A stretch of 64,000 bases of DNA from Candidatus Tayloriibacteriota bacterium. Lineage in GTDB: Bacteria > Patescibacteriota > Minisyncoccia > Phycocordibacterales > PALSA-1337. Below, piece after piece: positions 48,099 to 57,477 of the stretch. Below the pieces are notes generated by a model, which was given only the letters and a program-made list of their open reading frames with translations, did not search any database and was not told where the DNA came from. The DNA lies in NCBI GenBank assembly GCA_028286665.1, contig JAQBRD010000031.1, positions 155-64,154 on the forward strand, in the 5' to 3' direction. A program made the translations under genes and the position numbers. The stretch's first letter is position 1. Each line of letters begins with the position of its first letter.

Positions 48099-48527
48099 CT
48101 ATTGAGATGTGGGATATTTTTCAAACTTCGGCACTGCCGGATTCAGGCGATCCCATGGCTGCGCATCGGATACCCATACTTCCATCTGCTGATTGAAGCC
48201 GCTCGGATCATCTAAGCTTGAGGTAAAGATCGCCACGATGCCCGGTGCTGAATCGGGTTTGGATAGGATAGGGGAACCGCAATCAGAGCAGAAGCCTCGA
48301 TGGTTCTTTCCACCTGCCTCGCTCTCTGTCGCGTAGAAACTGAGCTCACCTTGCGTGAGTTTGAAGGTTTCTTTCGGAACGACCGTGTAAGTAGAAAATG
48401 GTCCTCCGCTCGAGTGCTGGCAGTCTCGACAATGGCAGTTGAGCATCGTGACGGGAGCCGCTGCTGATTCGTAGCGGATCTTGCCGCAGGCGCACCCGCC
48501 GGTGAGTTGTGGGTTTATGTCGGTCAT
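48099..48527 (-). CDS. GFA/CENP-V family zinc protein
   Basis: GGCACG, CHCRDCQ, FCSDCGS. Confidence 0.93.
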   Translation of the reverse strand: MTDINPQLTGGCACGKIRYESAAAPVTMLNCHCRDCQHSSGGPFSTYTVVPKETFKLTQGELSFYATESEAGGKNHRGFCSDCGSPILSKPDSAPGIVAIFTSSLDDPSGFNQQMEVWVSDAQPWDRLNPAVPKFEKYPTSQ

Positions 48528-48615
48528 ATCTACATTTTATCACTTTTGAGTCGCTTGAGTAAGGCACCTATCAAAGTCATGGTACAATTTTTGTATTATC
48601 AATAGTAACTCATCT

Positions 48616-48906
48616 ATGTTTAAAATAATTTTCCTGGTCGCAATTGTCATCTGTGTGGCGTTCATGCTTAAGAAAAAATCGAAGCTTTCGGAAGGGCAGA
48701 CATCATCAGAACCGCTCCTCGGGAATGAAAAGCTGATAATCTGGATAATATGCCTGCTGAATCCTATCTGGGGAGGAGCGATCTTTTACTACGGATGGAA
48801 AAATAAGCTTCCGGTAAAGGCAAAATCAGCCAATCAGATATCGCTCTGGGCTTTCTTCATTGAATTGGTCTTAGCTGTGGTGGCATTTGCGCTGCTTTCC
48901 ATTTAA
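48616..48906 (+). CDS. Small membrane protein
   Basis: Three hydrophobic segments; AT-rich. Confidence 0.7.
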   Translation: MFKIIFLVAIVICVAFMLKKKSKLSEGQTSSEPLLGNEKLIIWIICLLNPIWGGAIFYYGWKNKLPVKAKSANQISLWAFFIELVLAVVAFALLSI

Positions 48907-48911
48907 TATCC

Positions 48912-49649
48912 ATGATGATTTCATTCAATGGCTTCCAGGCATTCTTGCTGTTTCTTGGAACAGTAATCCCTCTCAGTTGCTTATTGTATTTCATGATAGC
49001 TTTGCTATTTGAAATACCAGAATGGAACAGAAGCCGAAAGCTGTCTCTGCTCGCAAAGAAATACGATCTCACTTTCCTGAGGTCGAAAAGAGGGTGGCGA
49101 AATGGCTGGTTGAGTTTGCAGAATGGTCAGAGCAACTTTATTTCTGGAAAGATAGGTCCTTTCGTTGTGGATTTTCACGACTATCTTCTTGTGGAAGGGA
49201 ATCTCGGCCTCGGGTTCAAACCTTCGATTGCTGAAGTTTCTAATAAATGGAATCTGTCAGGCACCGGCGGAACTGCCTTTACTCGCAAGGTATCTATGCT
49301 GAATAGCAAATTCTACCGCAAGCTCCCGCTCAAGGTTCTGACAGAGGTGTTCGAGAAGATTTCTGCCCAGGCTTCAGACAAGGAGGTGCAAGAAATGCTG
49401 TCGGATCTCGATTTTACCAAACATATCATGAGAAATTGGTCCAAAGCCGCCTTCATCTCTGGCTTCGTGGCCATATTTTCCCTCTTCGTCGCGTCACTGG
49501 CCTCACCGGATTTTCCAGATTATTCCATAATAGCAATAATCGCCTTCAATGCTTTTTTGAATATCCCTCTGTTGTTATGGACATCTAAAAAATACGGGAA
49601 ACAATTTCTTCCGGCAGATATCAATCAGTACCCGCAGATGGAGGTATAA
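48912..49649 (+). CDS. Membrane hypothetical protein
   Basis: N- and C-terminal TMs; AT-rich. Confidence 0.65.
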   Translation: MMISFNGFQAFLLFLGTVIPLSCLLYFMIALLFEIPEWNRSRKLSLLAKKYDLTFLRSKRGWRNGWLSLQNGQSNFISGKIGPFVVDFHDYLLVEGNLGLGFKPSIAEVSNKWNLSGTGGTAFTRKVSMLNSKFYRKLPLKVLTEVFEKISAQASDKEVQEMLSDLDFTKHIMRNWSKAAFISGFVAIFSLFVASLASPDFPDYSIIAIIAFNAFLNIPLLLWTSKKYGKQFLPADINQYPQMEV

Positions 49650-49650
49650 C

Positions 49651-50397
49651 TTATTCCTTCGGAAGCGTATCCCAAATATAGAGAAACATATTTTTGAACA
49701 TGTTTGCGAAAACGACTGAGTCTATCGTTGCCGCATACATTTGATGGTCTTTTATCGCGAACAGCGTCGATTTGCTTCCGCTGATATATATCGAGCTCTC
49801 AATGGGGTATGAGCCGGGCATGACTTTAGTTTCACGCAATCCATTTTTTTCATAGCCGAGTGTATTGTCGCCCTTGTTTAGAACAGGACGAATTATTCTT
49901 ATTGAAATGCCGTGCTTTTCTCTTTCCTGAATCCAGCTATCGCTAATCTTTGGAAAAATGTCAGTAAAATCAGGCCTAATGAAAGAATATATCGTGTTGG
50001 TTTTCTGCTCGATAGCATTTTCAAGTACTCCGTTCATGGCTATCTTCACACCTTCTTTGCCCGTATAGAGCTTTGCGTAGGGAAGCACCTCGTTCTGTTC
50101 TGAGTATGTCTTCAATTCAGGAATCAATTCTTCAAGAATTGTCTTCCTCTCGTTGTACTTCTTCAGAAGCAGATTGGGACTTTCTGGAAAGAAATATGTG
50201 ATCGTATTTTTCTTCCATGAAGATATGTAGCCTGATTTCTCCAGAGCCTTGAGAGTGTGATACACGCTAGTCTTCGGAAGCGAAGTATCCGCAGCTATTT
50301 TGAATGCTGTAGCGTCTTTGAGCTTGAATAGTGACAGATAGACTCGGGCCTCTTTCTTTGAAAAGCCCATTTCCTCAAGATTTTTGGTTATATTCAT
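49651..50397 (-). CDS. TrmB-family transcriptional regulator (cassette 5)
   Basis: GFSKKEARVY, KTSVYHTL, KLYTGKEGVK; closest in sequence to the cassette 2 regulator. Confidence 0.92.
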   Translation of the reverse strand: MNITKNLEEMGFSKKEARVYLSLFKLKDATAFKIAADTSLPKTSVYHTLKALEKSGYISSWKKNTITYFFPESPNLLLKKYNERKTILEELIPELKTYSEQNEVLPYAKLYTGKEGVKIAMNGVLENAIEQKTNTIYSFIRPDFTDIFPKISDSWIQEREKHGISIRIIRPVLNKGDNTLGYEKNGLRETKVMPGSYPIESSIYISGSKSTLFAIKDHQMYAATIDSVVFANMFKNMFLYIWDTLPKE

Positions 50398-50410
50398 GAC
50401 AACTATAGTA

Positions 50411-50429
50411 TAGTCCATATTTTGGACTA
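50411..50429. promoter_or_regulatory. Palindromic operator, probably for the adjacent TrmB
   Basis: TAGTCCA-N5-TGGACTA just upstream of the regulator start; same GTC-N9-GAC core at 20361, 30489 and 30565. Confidence 0.65.
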
Positions 50430-50551
50430 AATCAACTGTTTAATATATGGCTAATAATATAGACGTAAGTATATTACATATTAATAAAGTCCAAATACGA
50501 AGTATTTATTGACAAAATATAATACTATTGTTCTATAAGAATAAAGAACAT

Positions 50552-51679
50552 ATGAAAAAATACATCATTTCTGGCCTAGTTATATTGGTTCTTTCGGGGA
50601 TTTTGTTTGGAATTACGAATCAGCGTGGTTCATCTTCAGCAGTTACTATTGGCTTTCTCGGATCTTTGACCGGTGTAGATCCTAATTACGGAGAGGCGAT
50701 GAAAGGCGGAGTTTCGATTGCGGTGGATGAAATCAATGCTGAAGGTGGAATTGCCGGCAAGAAATTAGAGGTAATTTATGAAGATGGCAAATGCATCGAT
50801 ACCAAGTCAGCGGTGAGCGCTGCCCAGAAACTAATCACAATTGATAAGGTCAATATTATCCTTGGCGGGGGTTGCAGCAACGAGGCTTTGTCTATCGTAC
50901 ATCTCCTCGAAGAATCAAACACACTTCTGCTTTCATCTGGGGCGAGCAGTCCCGCGCTATCAGGCTTGAGCAAGAATGTCTTCCGAAATGCCCCAAGCGA
51001 TGCGCAGACCGGAGAAAAGATCGCGGCATATATGTTTTCAAAGCATTTTCGAAAGGTCGCAATCGTGTCTGATCAAACTGATTATTCAAAAGGCTTCAGG
51101 GATTCGTTTTTGAAATCCTTCGCAAATCTTGGAGGGTTTGTTGTCGAAGATATATCCGTTTCGCCAAAAGGTTCGGATTACCGGACCGATCTGGTTAAGC
51201 TAAAAGGAAAGGAAATCGATGCCATATTCATCAATCCCAACGTACCCGTCAGTGCTGGCATTATCGCAAGACAGGTGAGGGAGCTCGGGATGAATCAGCA
51301 GCTGTTTTTCGCCTATCACGCAACTCCTGATCTGGTCAGAACCGGTGGGGATGCCGTCAACGGTGCGGTAATAATCAATGTCCCGACTCCAGAGAATGAT
51401 GCTGCAAAAAGAATCCTCAAGCGATTCGAAGAAAAATACGGCAAGAGCACAGTCTATCCATACAACACGCTTGCCGCATACGATGCTGCAATGCTCATAG
51501 CTCAAGGGATAAAGAAAGCTGGCAGCAAAACGGAAGATGTTCGGTCGTATTTGCACGAATTGAAAAATTTCACCGGAGCGCTTGGCTCATATCACTTCGA
51601 TGAGAGAGGGGATATCCAAGACCTTCAGTATCGATTTGAAAGGGTTGAGGGCGGAAAGTTTGTCGATATTGTGGAATAA
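50552..51679 (+). CDS. LivJ/LivK-type ligand-binding protein, membrane anchored (cassette 5)
   Basis: SLTG, INAEGGIAGKKL, EDGKC, GGGCS, FRNAPSD, YDAAMLI, GALG..FDERGD. Confidence 0.94.
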   Translation: MKKYIISGLVILVLSGILFGITNQRGSSSAVTIGFLGSLTGVDPNYGEAMKGGVSIAVDEINAEGGIAGKKLEVIYEDGKCIDTKSAVSAAQKLITIDKVNIILGGGCSNEALSIVHLLEESNTLLLSSGASSPALSGLSKNVFRNAPSDAQTGEKIAAYMFSKHFRKVAIVSDQTDYSKGFRDSFLKSFANLGGFVVEDISVSPKGSDYRTDLVKLKGKEIDAIFINPNVPVSAGIIARQVRELGMNQQLFFAYHATPDLVRTGGDAVNGAVIINVPTPENDAAKRILKRFEEKYGKSTVYPYNTLAAYDAAMLIAQGIKKAGSKTEDVRSYLHELKNFTGALGSYHFDERGDIQDLQYRFERVEGGKFVDIVE

Positions 51680-51683
51680 AGAT

Positions 51684-51821
51684 TCGGTCGCAGGTATTTT
51701 TCTTGTGAAAAATCCTGCGACCCCGCCTCGCGCACCTTCGTGCGCTCCGGCTTTCAAATCTCACGCTCCAATATGCGCAGATAAATGAAAAGCCCTGCAT
51801 TGAGCAGGGCTTTTCATTTAT
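51684..51821 (-). repeat. tRNA-linked antisense/structured element, copy B (after tRNA-Ser UGA)
   Basis: Terminator hairpin 51781-51821; inverted tRNA T-arm copy TTCAAATCTCAC 51753-51764; conserved block matching copy A. Confidence 0.85.
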
Positions 51822-51823
51822 TG

Positions 51824-51910
51824 CGGATGGGGTGAGATTTGAACTCACGGTCCCCTTACGAGGACGACGGTTTTCAAGACCGTTGCCTTAAACCACTCAG
51901 CCACCCATCC
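51824..51910 (-). tRNA. tRNA-Ser(UGA)
   Basis: GGATGGG..CCCATCC-G; ACGGT-CTTGAAA-ACCGT; long variable arm. Confidence 0.96.
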
Positions 51911-52006
51911 ATTTGGTGCTTTTCAGCGGGAAGCGCCTGATGCCGCTTCGTTTCCGATAATAACAGAAAGATTCCATTTGCGCCAGATTTGCGTTAGGAT
52001 AGGCCT

Positions 52007-52438
52007 ATGAAATACCTCGGAATAGACTATGGATCGAAGCGGGTCGGCATCGCGGTCTCGGACCTCGGCGGCCGTTTCGCCTTGCCGAAGAAAGTGATCA
52101 GGAATGGCGGCTCTGCCGCGGCGATGGCTGCGCTCGTAGTAGAGATAGTCGCGCTCGCAGCGGAAGAGAAGGTATCTGAGATCGTCATGGGCGAATCGAA
52201 GGACTTCTCAGGAAATGAGAATCCGATCATGGCCGCAGCGAAAGCTTTCGCTCTCGAGCTCCGCACGGCGACCGGCATGCCGGTCCATATGGAGCCGGAA
52301 TTCATGACGAGCCATCAGGCGGAACGGACGCAGCATGAGCTCGGAGGCAGCAGGGAAATGCTTGATGCGTCAGCAGCTGCAGTCATTCTCCAGAGCTTTC
52401 TCGACCGCGAGCGCGACGATGCCGATCTCGGCGAGTAA
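52007..52438 (+). CDS. ruvX: YqgF/RuvX pre-16S rRNA nuclease
   Basis: LGIDYGSKRVGIAVSD, EFMTS, DASAAAVILQSFLD. Confidence 0.93.
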   Translation: MKYLGIDYGSKRVGIAVSDLGGRFALPKKVIRNGGSAAAMAALVVEIVALAAEEKVSEIVMGESKDFSGNENPIMAAAKAFALELRTATGMPVHMEPEFMTSHQAERTQHELGGSREMLDASAAAVILQSFLDRERDDADLGE

Positions 52439-52471
52439 TGAATAACGCGGCGCATGCTATATAATAATCAC

Positions 52472-52939
52472 ATGATCAATTACGATGATTTCGCGAAGGT
52501 TGAAATAAAAGCAGGGAAAATCCTCTCTGCTGAGAAGATTCCTGAAACCGACAAGCTGCTCAAGCTCTCGGTCGATTTCGGCGAGACGGCAATGGTCGAC
52601 GATCCTGCTTTCGCCGCAGCTCCTGGTGCGCTCGGTGCTGATGACCAGCCGGCGCCTGTTATGCCACCTGCACAAATATCAGTGCCGAAGCATCGCCAGA
52701 TCGTCTCGGGCATCTCCATGCATTTTCCTGATCCTGCGGTCCTCGTCGGACGCACGGCGATGTTCGTTACGAATCTTGAACCTCGGAAAATCAAAGGCTT
52801 CGAAAGCAATGGCATGCTTTTTGCCATCTCGACTCCCGACAAGCTCGATGAAACCGGCGCAGTGATATCGAAGGGAAGCTTCTCGCTCCTCGAGCCGTCT
52901 CCTGCGGCGAATATTCCTCCGGGCACTCGAGCTTGCTAG
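52472..52939 (+). CDS. tRNA-binding OB-fold protein (Trbp111/CsaA/MetRS C-terminal like)
   Basis: DDFAKVEIKAGKI, DKLLKL.VDFG, RQIVSGI, NLEPR, SNGML. Confidence 0.9.
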   Translation: MINYDDFAKVEIKAGKILSAEKIPETDKLLKLSVDFGETAMVDDPAFAAAPGALGADDQPAPVMPPAQISVPKHRQIVSGISMHFPDPAVLVGRTAMFVTNLEPRKIKGFESNGMLFAISTPDKLDETGAVISKGSFSLLEPSPAANIPPGTRAC

Positions 52940-52941
52940 CT

Positions 52942-53571
52942 ATGAATCTCATCCACTCCATAACTCATTTCCTCGCACCGGCGCATATCATCTTGTCGCT
53001 CGGCCTCATCGGCGTGATCGCTGTCGTCTTTGCTGAGTCGGGACTGTTCTTCGGATTCTTCCTGCCGGGGGATTCGCTTCTTTTCACTGCCGGATTCCTC
53101 GCTTCGCAAGGCTTCATATCATTGCCGCTGCTGCTCATCGGCGTATTCGTCGCGGCGGTGCTCGGAGACAGCGTCGGCTATGCATTCGGAAAAGTCGTCG
53201 GCGGAAAGCTGTACTCGCGTGCCGATTCCCGCTGGTTCCGGAAGAAGCATATCGAGCAGGCCGGATCCTTCTATGAGAAGCATGGAGCGAAAGCGATCAT
53301 CCTCGCCCGATTCATGCCGATCATCCGGACATTCGCGCCGATCGTCGCCGGCGCTGCGAACATGCCATATCGGAAATTCATCGCATATAACATCATCGGA
53401 GGCTTGCTCTGGTCCGTCGGGCTTTCGATCATCGGCTATTCGTTCGGCAATATCGTCCCGAACGCCGACCGTTACATAACGCCGATCGTGATCCTCATCC
53501 TTCTCGTTTCCATCCTGCCAGGCCTCTGGCATCTGGTGAAATCGCAGATATCGAAGCGCAGGAATATGTAG
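52942..53571 (+). CDS. DedA/VTT family membrane protein
   Basis: FAESG..FLPGDSLLF.AG, ARFMPIIRTF. Confidence 0.95.
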   Translation: MNLIHSITHFLAPAHIILSLGLIGVIAVVFAESGLFFGFFLPGDSLLFTAGFLASQGFISLPLLLIGVFVAAVLGDSVGYAFGKVVGGKLYSRADSRWFRKKHIEQAGSFYEKHGAKAIILARFMPIIRTFAPIVAGAANMPYRKFIAYNIIGGLLWSVGLSIIGYSFGNIVPNADRYITPIVILILLVSILPGLWHLVKSQISKRRNM

Positions 53572-53584
53572 TACAATATGGGAA

Positions 53585-54649
53585 ATGATCGCAGAGACAT
53601 TCTTCAAACTTTTTCCTACTCCGAAATTTCTCGACATGCCGTATGCGGGATTGCATATTTCCGATGATGCGATCCGAGTCATCCAATTCAGCCATGGAAG
53701 GCACAGCCTCGAGGTCGTGAAGCACGGGTGCCGCCTCCTCTCCCCAGGCATCGTCGAAGCAGGGTATGTGAAGGACGAGAAAGCCCTGAGCAAGCTCGTC
53801 AGCGAACTCGCTTCCGAGCTCGGCATCACCTTCGTGCGCGTATCGATCCCTGAGGAAAAGATGTATCTTTTCAAGACCGACATCGCTGCGAGCGACGAGA
53901 AGCAGATCAGCCAGAATATCGAATTCAAGCTCGAAGAGAATGTGCCGCTTTCGCCCGCAGATGCGCTCTTCTATTTCGATGTCATACCATCAGCTGCCGG
54001 CGGCAAGCGCTCTGCGATGGTCTCCGTCGCTCCGCGGAAAGTCATCGACGCGTATCTCAATGTTCTCGCCGATGCGAAGCTCACCGCGCTCTCATTCGAA
54101 GTCGAGGCCAAGGCTCTCGCCCGAGCTTTCGTCCCGAAAGGCAGCGGCGAGACAGAACTCGTCATCAACATCATGAGCAAGAAGACGGGCATATATGTCA
54201 TCTGCGAAGGAATCGTCTCGTTTACGTCTACGGTCTCGTGGGGAGGCGATGCGGTCACCGAGGTGATCGAGAAAGCCTTCGACATCAAGCCGGCCGAAGC
54301 GATCGAAATGAAGAAGTCGGCCGGCTTCCATGACGGCAAGGACACGAAGAAGATCCTCGCCGCTATCCAGGACAGCGTGGCGGTCCTCCAGAAGGAAATT
54401 TACAAGGTGTACACGTATTGGATCGAGCATGGAGAAGGCTGCAAGGACATCAATCGCATCGTCCTGTGCGGCGCAGATGCGCAGCTTGTCGGACTCATCT
54501 CCCATATCTCGCCCGATCCGAAGATTCCGGTCGATATCGGCAATGTCTGGCAGAACGCATTCTCGAGCGACAAGTATATTCCTCCGATTTCGCACGAGGA
54601 GTCGCTTGATTATGCAGTCGCAGCCGGTCTTGCCTTGCCCCAACAATAA
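53585..54649 (+). CDS. pilM: Type IV pilus assembly protein PilM
   Basis: GLHISD, actin-like fold, E...ALAR, LCG, YAVAAGLAL. Confidence 0.88.
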   Translation: MIAETFFKLFPTPKFLDMPYAGLHISDDAIRVIQFSHGRHSLEVVKHGCRLLSPGIVEAGYVKDEKALSKLVSELASELGITFVRVSIPEEKMYLFKTDIAASDEKQISQNIEFKLEENVPLSPADALFYFDVIPSAAGGKRSAMVSVAPRKVIDAYLNVLADAKLTALSFEVEAKALARAFVPKGSGETELVINIMSKKTGIYVICEGIVSFTSTVSWGGDAVTEVIEKAFDIKPAEAIEMKKSAGFHDGKDTKKILAAIQDSVAVLQKEIYKVYTYWIEHGEGCKDINRIVLCGADAQLVGLISHISPDPKIPVDIGNVWQNAFSSDKYIPPISHEESLDYAVAAGLALPQQ

Positions 54650-54654
54650 ACGCC

Positions 54655-55194
54655 ATGTACTCGCTCCTGCCTGAAAGATACATAAAGAATCTCCGCCGCG
54701 AATACCGCTTGCGCCTCGCTGCGACATGCCTGTTCTTCCTCACGGCGGCATTCGCGATTGGAATGGTATCGCTTCTTCCTTCATATATCCTTTCTCGAGG
54801 GCAGGAAAGCCAGGCAGTGACTGAGCTTGATTCTCTGAAGAAGGCCAGCGCAGCGAGCGGCGTCGACAAGGCCGGGCAGGATGTCATCGCTTTGCAGAGC
54901 ATGATCTCTTCGCTCGGAAACCACCAGGACGCGAAGCCCTTGTCAGGCGTCGTAGAGAAGATCATCAGCCACCGTCCGCAGAGCGTCATCCTCGGCACAT
55001 TTGATGTTTCGCGCGATGCGTCGTCGACCGCCACAGTCCTGATTTCCGGCATCGCTCTTGCCCGAGAATCGCTCATCTCCTTCAAGAAGGAGCTTGGGAA
55101 TGACCCGAGCTTCATCAAGGTCGAATTCCCGGTATCGGATCTCGCAAAGGGGCATGATATCCATTTCAATATGAAGGTCAAGGTAAAAATATAA
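54655..55194 (+). CDS. PilN-like protein
   Basis: SLLP N-terminus, TM, ISG.A..R..L..F; follows pilM. Confidence 0.75.
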   Translation: MYSLLPERYIKNLRREYRLRLAATCLFFLTAAFAIGMVSLLPSYILSRGQESQAVTELDSLKKASAASGVDKAGQDVIALQSMISSLGNHQDAKPLSGVVEKIISHRPQSVILGTFDVSRDASSTATVLISGIALARESLISFKKELGNDPSFIKVEFPVSDLAKGHDIHFNMKVKVKI

Positions 55195-55198
55195 TTCA

Positions 55199-55759
55199 AT
55201 GAAACGGATTTCCCATACCACAATATATTTCTCGGTATCTCTCATCACCCTCCTCGCGCTCGTCGGCGTCTATTGGAACGTATATCAGAGCATCGACGGG
55301 CAGACTGTCCGTACTGCCAATGTCCTCAAGGAAGTGGCGAAGGAGAAGTACCGCAGGGAGCATGAGGAGGCGGTGGTAAAAATGCTGAAAGACGTCGAAG
55401 CGGATCGGGAGAAGATACTCGGCTATTTCATCCATGGCGATCAGGCGGTCGATTTCATCGAGAAGCTCGAGAGCCTCGGCAATTCGACAGGGACGACCTT
55501 GATCGTCAGTTCGATCAATGCCGACGATCTCTCAGACAGCCCTTCAGGAACCGTCGGCAAGCTCCGCGCCCATATGTCAAGCATCGGGAGCTGGCCGGCC
55601 ATGATGAAGATCCTGCTTCTCGCCGAACAATTGCCGTATAGCGTCGCGATCAGCAACCTTCGGCTCGAGGCCTCCGGCATATCTGACGCGACGGGGAAAG
55701 CGCTCCCTTCGAGCCAATGGAAGATCGATCTGGATATCGAAGTCCTTTCAATAAAGTAA
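55199..55759 (+). CDS. PilO-like protein
   Basis: TM, coiled coil, GSW......E.LPY; operon position. Confidence 0.7.
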   Translation: MKRISHTTIYFSVSLITLLALVGVYWNVYQSIDGQTVRTANVLKEVAKEKYRREHEEAVVKMLKDVEADREKILGYFIHGDQAVDFIEKLESLGNSTGTTLIVSSINADDLSDSPSGTVGKLRAHMSSIGSWPAMMKILLLAEQLPYSVAISNLRLEASGISDATGKALPSSQWKIDLDIEVLSIK

Positions 55760-55760
55760 T

Positions 55761-56087
55761 ATGAAATTCTCACTCAAAAAACATCCGAATCATGCGGTCA
55801 GCCATAAGAAGCTGTCGATCAATTTCGGCAGCAATCCCCGGATCGACTGGATCGCGGTGGTCGTTCTCGCATTTGCTGCCGGAATCATCAGCGTCTATGG
55901 CGCAGTCTCGCTCTTCCTCAATATCCGAGACGGGGAAGCACCGTCATCTAACGCCGCAGCAATCGCCGGCACAACGGTCAACGCCGCTGAAATCTCGAAA
56001 GTCGTCACTTCGCATGAAACGCGGAATGCCGAATTCGAGACGATCCAAAGAACGCCATATGCGCGAAGCGACGATCCGGTCAGGTAG
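55761..56087 (+). CDS. Single-TM pilus-operon protein
   Basis: Last gene of the pilMNO operon; ends with DP motif. Confidence 0.65.
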   Translation: MKFSLKKHPNHAVSHKKLSINFGSNPRIDWIAVVVLAFAAGIISVYGAVSLFLNIRDGEAPSSNAAAIAGTTVNAAEISKVVTSHETRNAEFETIQRTPYARSDDPVR

Positions 56088-56179
56088 CTGCTTTGCCGGA
56101 GGTTTGCTATAGTCTCCATGCGGGCCAAGCCGAGCAGCTCGAATTTGGTAATTCGGTCCATGCCCAAATTTGGTAATTT

Positions 56180-56251
56180 GCCCTTGTAGTTCAATGGATA
56201 GAACTGCGGACTTCTAAGCCGTCGATGTTGGTTCGATTCCAACCAGGGGCA
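56180..56251 (+). tRNA. tRNA-Arg(UCU)
   Basis: GCCCTTG..CAGGGGC-A; anticodon loop CTTCTAA. Confidence 0.93.
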
Positions 56252-56356
56252 CATGCTAGTGAGACAGACCGAGATAGTTGAAAGCAATGAAAAAGCAGGA
56301 GAATTTTAGTTCTCCTGCTTTGAGGTGTATCGCGGGCTTACGCCGAAGGTTGTTTT

Positions 56357-56770
56357 TTAAGCCGTAATGAATTGGACTTTACCGCTGGTCGGGACCTTGC
56401 CTTTCAGCGGTTCCCATCTTTTCGCCCAATTGAATGAGCGTCCGGTGAAGCGGTGCAGCCTGTTGATCGAAGAGATCGAAATTTTGTCTCCGATCTCCGG
56501 CAACGACTGTCCTTTCCGGAAGTGGATGAATCGCGTGCATGAGGCCGAAATCATCCTTGCGCTGCCTTGCTGAAGGCGTGGGTCGATTTCCATGCCTTGT
56601 CTGAGAGAAACCTCGAGAACTCCAGGTCGGAGATTTTTAACTTCCATCACCTCGCCCTGATCAGTCTCGGTGCTTCCTTGCTCGTAACTGAGAAGCGGTA
56701 GGGGAATGAGAAGGTAGGCGGCAGCAACAACAATAAGTGCTGCAATGATGCAGATTGTTCCGATAATCAT
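56357..56770 (-). CDS. Membrane-anchored hypothetical protein
   Basis: N-terminal TM followed by a beta-rich domain. Confidence 0.6.
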   Translation of the reverse strand: MIIGTICIIAALIVVAAAYLLIPLPLLSYEQGSTETDQGEVMEVKNLRPGVLEVSLRQGMEIDPRLQQGSARMISASCTRFIHFRKGQSLPEIGDKISISSINRLHRFTGRSFNWAKRWEPLKGKVPTSGKVQFITA

Positions 56771-56999
56771 AAGTATTTCTTTTTTTGTGCTCGAAGAGCG
56801 GGTTCCATCTGAAATTACCGCTTAACCCACATATTGTCAATTTATTAGAGATCGATTGAGCCCAATTTCAAATTCTGAAGAGCCTGCAAAAGGTGGGAAT
56901 AAGCTGTGTATAACGGGTGGATATCCCTATGGTACCCCTATCTTTGCGGTGCTAGAATAAACAGGTCGAAATAATCGATTATCAATTCATCATTAATTT

Positions 57000-57401
57000 A
57001 TGGCTAAGAAACTCAGTATCGTTTTCGGAATCGTCTTCATCATCGTCGGCATCCTCGGATTCATCCCGAATCCGCTCGTGTCAGCAACAGGATTCTTCGG
57101 CGTTGATACGGTTCATACTATCGTGCACCTCGTCATCGGCATCATTCTCCTTGTCGTCGGCCTCAAGTGCGCGAAGACAAGCGCAGCAGTGCTCATCGTC
57201 GTCGGAGCAGTATACCTCCTCCTCGCGATCATCGGCTTCTTCGGAGTTACGAGCATCCTCGGCTTCCTCAATGTGAATACTCCTGACAACTGGCTCCATG
57301 CGGTTCTCGGAATCGTCATCATCATTGCAGGCATCATGGGAAAGAAGTGCAACTCTGAAATGGCTGCGCCTGCAGCTCCGGTTGCTCCGACACAGATGTA
57401 A
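57000..57401 (+). CDS. DUF4383-like 4-TM membrane protein
   Basis: VGILGF.P, H.IVHL, DNWLH. Confidence 0.82.
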   Translation: MAKKLSIVFGIVFIIVGILGFIPNPLVSATGFFGVDTVHTIVHLVIGIILLVVGLKCAKTSAAVLIVVGAVYLLLAIIGFFGVTSILGFLNVNTPDNWLHAVLGIVIIIAGIMGKKCNSEMAAPAAPVAPTQM

Positions 57402-57429
57402 TAACGATCGCGGAACGACTGTTCATGCG

Positions 57430-57460
57430 AAGAAAAACCGCCCGAGTGGCGGCTTTTCTT
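57430..57460. terminator. Bidirectional terminator
   Basis: AAGAAAA.CCGCC-loop-GGCGG.TTTTCTT between convergent genes. Confidence 0.7.
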
Positions 57461-57477
57461 TTGTGGGGCGCTTGCCT

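Noticed and set aside
56142-56178. AATTTGGTAATT duplicated upstream of tRNA-Arg(UCU)
   Set aside because: Single 12-nt AT-rich duplication with no other copies or context.
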